A stretch of 39,711 bases of DNA. Source: a virus (taxonomy: Duplodnaviria > Caudoviricetes). A program made the position numbers and the translations under genes. The stretch is from the IMG/VR virus record IMGVR_UViG_3300020161_001528, positions 1-39,711 of that record. One strand, given 5' to 3'. Below the pieces are notes generated by a model, which did no database searches, had not been told where the DNA came from, and saw only the letters and a list, made by a program, of their open reading frames with translations. Numbering within the stretch: the stretch's first letter is position 1; every line of letters starts with the position of its first letter. Positions 35,451-39,711 of the stretch are shown here, piece after piece.

Positions 35451-35484
35451 AAAAAGAAACCCCCAGAAATGGGGGTTTTTATTT
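35451..35484. terminator. Bidirectional intrinsic terminator
   Basis: AAACCCCCA-GAAA-TGGGGGTTT flanked by A- and T-tracts between convergent genes. Confidence 0.9.
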
Positions 35485-35495
35485 GTCTCTAAAAA

Positions 35496-36113
35496 TTATC
35501 CGTTTCTTATCACAGAAACACCATCTGCTGACAATCCAGAGAAATGTGTTCCAATTTTCGCCATTTTTTCGTGATCTCTACCCCCACCGCTTTTTATTGA
35601 TGGTATGACTCTGAGATCCATATGTTTATCCAAGAACGCCGGAATATCGGTGATCGTTCTTTGAGTTAAGGGGGAAACAGACTTTAGTGCAATATGTTCA
35701 TCGTCACCAATGTCCTTTGCGGCCGCACCGTGTAATCTTCTTACCACTTCATGTCTCGGAGAGAAGTCTCCACCATGAAATGTGTTCAAGAATACCGGGG
35801 AGTGATTCTGTATTATATCTTCGTGATGAACAAATAGAATCGGTCTTGTATTTGGTTTGTAAACTGCAACCCAAGGAACCTTGCTCGTTTTTCCTTCTCT
35901 CTGAAGTGCATATGGTGCAATCAGTCCAACATTAGATCCTGCATAGACACCACTGAATGGTTTGTGACCTTTGAGTGGCATATCCCCTCTCTGACTATTT
36001 CCATGTCTATCCATCACATATGGTTGTGGATCCAATTGTTTTACTGGTTTATAATCCAATCGAAAAACATGGTTGGAAGGAGACTCAAGAAGATACTGAC
36101 GAAATGATTTCAT
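35496..36113 (-). CDS. Putative internal head protein (MKSFRQYLLE leader), unknown function
   Basis: Leader shared with neighbours; 205-aa ORF. Confidence 0.8.
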   Translation of the reverse strand: MKSFRQYLLESPSNHVFRLDYKPVKQLDPQPYVMDRHGNSQRGDMPLKGHKPFSGVYAGSNVGLIAPYALQREGKTSKVPWVAVYKPNTRPILFVHHEDIIQNHSPVFLNTFHGGDFSPRHEVVRRLHGAAAKDIGDDEHIALKSVSPLTQRTITDIPAFLDKHMDLRVIPSIKSGGGRDHEKMAKIGTHFSGLSADGVSVIRNG

Positions 36114-36117
36114 GTTC

Positions 36118-36360
36118 TCACCAAATTCTGTTTAATATCTGCCCATCAGGACCCATACTGCTCCATCTTGTCCCTGATCCTGTTGTATCAAAAACAGCAT
36201 CTTCCATGCCCATCTTATGTCCCTCTAGGTAGTGTGGATTGTCTTTGTGGTCTGCATGGTGACTCAAATTAAAGAACCCATGCTCAAACCCTAAACTAAA
36301 AGCCTTTTGTTCTGCTTCGGTTCTTTTGTTTTCTTTTAGAAATTTTTTGAAAGATATCAT
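36118..36360 (-). CDS. Small putative internal head protein (MISFKKFLKE leader)
   Basis: Leader motif and ATGA coupling. Confidence 0.8.
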   Translation of the reverse strand: MISFKKFLKENKRTEAEQKAFSLGFEHGFFNLSHHADHKDNPHYLEGHKMGMEDAVFDTTGSGTRWSSMGPDGQILNRIW

Positions 36361-36947
36361 TTTCTTCTTGTTTTAAGTTTTTTTGGTCTAAGTTCAAACC
36401 TGGTCATTTCTGCGTATGTATAACCACCAACTTGAGGATCACTCCTTCTACTATATGCACGGCGTTCATCTTTTGCCGGATTATAGACTGTAACTTCTCT
36501 ATCGTAATCCATATGAACAGGTCTAATTCGTGCCAGTCTTCTCCAAACAGATCGTGAACCACGGGTCTGTTGATCGCCTGATTCTATTGTGAGTTTCAGT
36601 TTATCTGCCAGAGTACCATATACTTTAGGAACTAGATTTTTTACTTTTGCATTTTTTCCTGCATGGGTCTTGTGAATGGCAGGGTTGTAAATATTAGCTC
36701 TTCTACCAAGAAGCTCATTGACAGGAAAGATTCCTACTATTTGCTTTTTATGAACAAGATGATAAACATCTCCATCCATATCTGAATATAGTGGATGGTC
36801 TTCGTGAGGTCGTATTAGACTGTATGATCCAATTTTACCAATCAGTTTACCTGGCACAGATGGTACTAGTTTTGACAGGTAGTCAGGTCTTCTACTGCTT
36901 TGAATCATTTCAGGTGCTTCAAGAAGATATTGTTTGAAAGATATCAT
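36357..36947 (-). CDS. Putative internal head protein with a GNAT-like domain (MISFKQYLLE leader)
   Basis: AIHKTHAGK...KVYGTL......IESGDQQTRGSRSVWRRL resembles the phage GNAT S-D-x-x-Q-T-x-x-G-x-x-x-W-x-x-L pattern. Confidence 0.7.
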   Translation of the reverse strand: MISFKQYLLEAPEMIQSSRRPDYLSKLVPSVPGKLIGKIGSYSLIRPHEDHPLYSDMDGDVYHLVHKKQIVGIFPVNELLGRRANIYNPAIHKTHAGKNAKVKNLVPKVYGTLADKLKLTIESGDQQTRGSRSVWRRLARIRPVHMDYDREVTVYNPAKDERRAYSRRSDPQVGGYTYAEMTRFELRPKKLKTRRK

Positions 36948-37411
36948 CGTCGGCTTCTCTTTCTACTATTTACTTGAGTTATATTTGTCGCAGTGACTCC
37001 ATATCTAGATGCCATTCCTTGATAAATTGAATGTCTTACTGGATCATCAGTATCATACACAATATCTCGTGGTCTTTGAGTCATCATGTGATGATGAAAG
37101 TACTCATGAATCTTTTTACCTATTGCCAAAGCATGGTGTAGAGGAATACGGGTAGATGGGCTCTCAAACCGATGATTCACTGTAAATGCAATTTTAGAAA
37201 CTCCGTCTTCCACTTTTTTTGCCATGAATGATATTCTATATTCTGCTTCATTGTTTCTAATATGACCACGATATACATGAGTATCAACAAGTTTTGAACG
37301 TGGTAAAAACTGACCGACGGCCGGAATAAATTCATAATCTGGATGGTAATATGGACCCTCTTCTGCGGAGGTATCAAATATTTCAGTGATGTATTCTTTA
37401 AATGATCTCAT
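36944..37411 (-). CDS. Putative internal head protein (MRSFKEYITE leader)
   Basis: Leader ends ITE-IFD, similar to the ITE-LFD N-terminus of T4 Alt. C-terminal R..IY..M..R motif. Confidence 0.75.
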   Translation of the reverse strand: MRSFKEYITEIFDTSAEEGPYYHPDYEFIPAVGQFLPRSKLVDTHVYRGHIRNNEAEYRISFMAKKVEDGVSKIAFTVNHRFESPSTRIPLHHALAIGKKIHEYFHHHMMTQRPRDIVYDTDDPVRHSIYQGMASRYGVTATNITQVNSRKRSRR

Positions 37412-37417
37412 ACCCCA

Positions 37418-37425
37418 TATTTATA
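37418..37425 (-). promoter_or_regulatory. T4-type late promoter TATAAATA
   Basis: Exact motif 6 nt upstream of ATG 37411. Confidence 0.8.
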
Positions 37426-37454
37426 ATTTTTTGGGGACTGGGGGATCCTAAAGG

Positions 37455-37757
37455 TTATCGAACTATTAGATTACCATTCCAAATTTTTAGTTTGGACCCA
37501 GGAAAGAACTCTTGTAGAAGCTCAAGGAGTTCTTTTTCTTTTTCTTTTGTTAATTTTGTTGGTTTTTTGTTTCCAATAAAATTACCAGATTGAGTAATAC
37601 CTTGATTTAGATTGAAGTCAGGAGCATCATCAAAATCAGGAACAAGAAAGAGAATGTCCTGAATTGGAATTATTTTTACTTGAGAAGATGCTAGTACAGG
37701 AGATGTAAGTAGAGAAATACAGAGAAAGATCACGATGAGTATTTTTGAAAGCTTCAT
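37455..37757 (-). CDS. Small exported protein resembling a secretin periplasmic-domain fragment
   Basis: Signal peptide MKLSKILIVIFLCISLLTSPVLA. Mature part IIPIQDILFLVPDFDDAPDFNLN...ELLELLQE...IWNGNLIVR. Confidence 0.7.
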   Translation of the reverse strand: MKLSKILIVIFLCISLLTSPVLASSQVKIIPIQDILFLVPDFDDAPDFNLNQGITQSGNFIGNKKPTKLTKEKEKELLELLQEFFPGSKLKIWNGNLIVR

Positions 37758-37762
37758 GATAT

Positions 37763-37770
37763 TATTTATA
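37763..37770 (-). promoter_or_regulatory. T4-type late promoter TATAAATA
   Basis: Exact motif 5 nt upstream of ATG 37757. Confidence 0.8.
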
Positions 37771-37845
37771 AGAATTGTTACGGAACTGGGGGATCCTAAT
37801 CAAAAGGATTTTTTGGGAACTGGGGGATCCTAAGAGAACTTATAA

Positions 37846-37906
37846 GGGGGGTAGGGGGGTAGGGGTTATAGTGAGCCTCGCTAGCGCACTATAGGGGTGG
37901 GACCCC
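37846..37906 (+). other. G-run cluster with an embedded hairpin at the AT/GC boundary
   Basis: G6-TA-G6-TA-G4, then TATAGTG...CACTATA inverted repeat, then G4-T-G3-A-C4. Confidence 0.6.
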
Positions 37907-37994
37907 ATTTTCTAATATCACTGTCGTGTGACGCGAGCTCGGCGTGACGCGAATCCCCCCACCCCCGATGCAAAGCTCCTACGAATCCCTGCAC

Positions 37995-38036
37995 AAACGA
38001 AACAACCCCCGCACCACTCTCACATGGTACGGGGGT
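37995..38036 (-). terminator. Intrinsic terminator closing the GC-rich operon
   Basis: ACCCCCGTACCAT-GTGAGA-GTGGTGCGGGGGT followed by TGTTTCGTTT. Confidence 0.8.
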
Positions 38037-38058
38037 CGATGATGACCTGAGCTCGAGC

Positions 38059-38442
38059 TCAGTCTGCGCCTTGTGGCGTATCGTCTGAATCGTTGCGAAT
38101 CGTAGGCGTTTCGGCACAGCGACGACAGAGGGTATTACCCTTTGCATCATGCTTGGCGAAGGCCTTGCCGAATGCACCACCACACTTGAAACACTTGCAC
38201 AGATTCACCTTGGATTGGTGGGGTTCATCAAGGCCATCGATGAGGTTCTTCATCGTTTCCCAGTCGATTGGAATGACTGAAACGCCTTGGGATTCAAGGG
38301 ATTGCGTCCATTCGTCCCATGCCTGGGCTTCGGTGTCTCGTGGGCGTGCATTACGCATGGGCTTGCCGAAGTGGCGATTGATGCGGCGCAGTAGGGCCAG
38401 CATGAGCCAGATGTCGTTGATCGGTTTGGGCAGCGTTGCCAT
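38059..38442 (-). CDS. Hypothetical protein with a C-terminal C4 zinc finger
   Basis: Start at ATG 38442 (GGAGGG SD, TAATG coupling). Contains CFKC...CRRC. Confidence 0.75.
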   Translation of the reverse strand: MATLPKPINDIWLMLALLRRINRHFGKPMRNARPRDTEAQAWDEWTQSLESQGVSVIPIDWETMKNLIDGLDEPHQSKVNLCKCFKCGGAFGKAFAKHDAKGNTLCRRCAETPTIRNDSDDTPQGAD

Positions 38443-38657
38443 TAGCGAGCCCTCCGGTTGCAGCGTTCGGCACGGCGCAGGTTCTCGGTGTCCGCTGCCG
38501 AAACCATTACGATTTCGGGGGCGGTCTTGTGATACCAGTCCATGAATCCGATGGGGGTACGAACGCGGGAACACTTCACGCAGGTCGTAGTAGTGGGGAT
38601 GGCATCGAGCCTTCCCTTGGGAATGTCAATGCCGCAGGTGTCGCAGGTCTTGGTCAT
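38442..38657 (-). CDS. TraR/DksA-type C4 zinc-finger protein
   Basis: CDTCGIDIPKGRLDAIPTTTTCVKC matches CxxCGxxIPxxRLxAxPxxxxCxxC. AAGGA SD before ATG 38657. Confidence 0.85.
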   Translation of the reverse strand: MTKTCDTCGIDIPKGRLDAIPTTTTCVKCSRVRTPIGFMDWYHKTAPEIVMVSAADTENLRRAERCNRRAR

Positions 38658-38659
38658 AG

Positions 38660-38770
38660 TTAGTCCTTGATTGCAGAGAGAAAGAGAGAAACGGTCATCA
38701 CGAACAGCGCAGCCCAGGCGCAGATGATGAATGACCACATGAGAAGAGCGAGAATCTGAATAAGTTCCAT
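38660..38770 (-). CDS. 36-aa hydrophobic membrane peptide MELIQILALLMWSFIICAWAALFVMTVSLFLSAIKD
   Basis: Translated by hand. AGGA upstream; fills the gap in the operon. Confidence 0.65.
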   Translation of the reverse strand: MELIQILALLMWSFIICAWAALFVMTVSLFLSAIKD

Positions 38771-38801
38771 GAGTGTTGAGTTTCCTAGTGAAGTTTGAGA
38801 A

Positions 38802-39668
38802 TCAGACGCAATCGTTGAACTGCTCGGTCAAGTGGCGTGCACCACAACGGACGCGAACATGGTTGCAGACATAGTGCCAACCGAAGTCGATACACACCGT
38901 TCGCCATTCGTTGCCGAAGCGCCACCACCCGATGTTGCCGTAGTGGAGATCGCCACCACCACGAATACGCTTGTACTTGGGCATCGTGGCGCCCTTGGGA
39001 ATGGGCTTGAGCTCTCCCTCTTCCATCAAAGTGATGGCTTCGCGGGTAATCGAGTTGTCTCGTGGCGAACCACGAAGATCGAGACGGCGCAGGGTATTGC
39101 ACCATTCCTGGCGTTCTGCCCCGCCCCACGCGAGGCATGGCGCCGTACGCTCCAGGTCATCGATCATGCGACCGAGGTGCCTGGCGGTGAGGCGAATCTT
39201 GTGGCCGTCCATGTTCAGCAGATCCGAGGGCGTCGGAATGTGCTTGGCGCCCTTGTGCGAAGAGTATGCCGTGGCACACTCGGTATCGCCGTAGTAGCCC
39301 ATCATGGTTTCCATCATCCACGACGAACCCATGCAGTCGCGCTGACGGTCGTTCATGACAACGGCCACGCAGGTCTGGTAGCCCCACACGACTTCAAGGC
39401 GACGGCGGTGAGTGTCGACACGCTCTCCGAGGAGCTCGAAGCGCACCATACGGCGCACAGGCGGTGCCACGCGGGCCTTGTACGCCTGACGCTGACGCCA
39501 CCACGCCGCATACGCATCTTGCGGGTCGCTGCCGATGAGCTTGATGCCGTATTGGTTCGGATCGCACGTTGCCGCATTGTTGGGAACGTACTGCGCCTGT
39601 GCGCCTGACGAGCTGTCGCGGAAGACACGGCGCCACATGGAGTGAGTGAGAACATACACATCCACCAT
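38802..39668 (-). CDS. Protein-kinase-like superfamily enzyme; may start upstream of the window
   Basis: YGIKL (beta3 Lys), VAPPV, DLHYGNIG (catalytic loop) and CIDFG (metal-binding loop). The frame stays open to the window edge. Confidence 0.8.
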   Translation of the reverse strand: MVDVYVLTHSMWRRVFRDSSSGAQAQYVPNNAATCDPNQYGIKLIGSDPQDAYAAWWRQRQAYKARVAPPVRRMVRFELLGERVDTHRRRLEVVWGYQTCVAVVMNDRQRDCMGSSWMMETMMGYYGDTECATAYSSHKGAKHIPTPSDLLNMDGHKIRLTARHLGRMIDDLERTAPCLAWGGAERQEWCNTLRRLDLRGSPRDNSITREAITLMEEGELKPIPKGATMPKYKRIRGGGDLHYGNIGWWRFGNEWRTVCIDFGWHYVCNHVRVRCGARHLTEQFNDCV

Positions 39669-39711
39669 GCCGTAAACACGGTCACGGTACGAGCGAGTGG
39701 GAGCGATACGG

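Larger units (their letters stand above)
37434..37833. repeat. Three dispersed direct repeats GG(A/G)ACTGGGGGATCCTAA
   Basis: Copies at 37434-37451, 37782-37799 and 37816-37833 share an identical 15-bp core, ACTGGGGGATCCTAA. Confidence 0.9.

Noticed and set aside
37434-37833. Direct repeats read as a CRISPR mini-array
   Set aside because: The repeats are only 15-18 bp, with gaps of 330 and 16 nt, and no cas genes are in the window.
38832-39608. 258-aa plus-strand ORF and other overlapping ORFs at the right end
   Set aside because: Antisense or alternate-frame shadows of the kinase-like gene, expected in GC-rich DNA; no recognisable motifs.

Overview
This is a segment of a large T4-like myophage genome. 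1-20566 is an AT-rich baseplate/tail morphogenesis block: a fibre-like protein, two VrlC/DUF4815-like proteins, gp8, gp7, gp6, gp25, a very large gp27-like hub, gp53, gp48, gp4, gp54, gp26, gp51 and a tape-measure-like gene. No gp5/PAAR spike gene is recognisable in the window. gp32 and gp33 follow, then two putative structural genes. 24249-31503 is an accessory region on the minus strand with sigma70-type promoters, three tRNAs (Arg-UCU, an atypical Ile-UAU, Lys-UUU), a complete tmRNA, a deaminase, a DenV-family glycosylase and guaC. 31503-37411 is a cluster of late-promoter (TATAAATA) genes whose products nearly all start with a T4 internal-protein-like capsid-targeting leader. Their cargoes include a nucleotidyltransferase-lysozyme fusion, a J-domain protein and GNAT-like proteins. 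A short-repeat and G-run element at about 37430-37950 marks an abrupt switch to GC-rich small genes (zinc fingers, kinase-like). Highlights: the putative injected-effector cassette; a tmRNA whose 5' end contains the stop codon of the upstream gene; a trypsin-like protease fused to a baseplate adaptor; a probable -1 frameshift joining gp26 and gp51; and a secreted secretin-fragment mimic. All calls come from motif recognition by eye. No database searches or folding programs were run.
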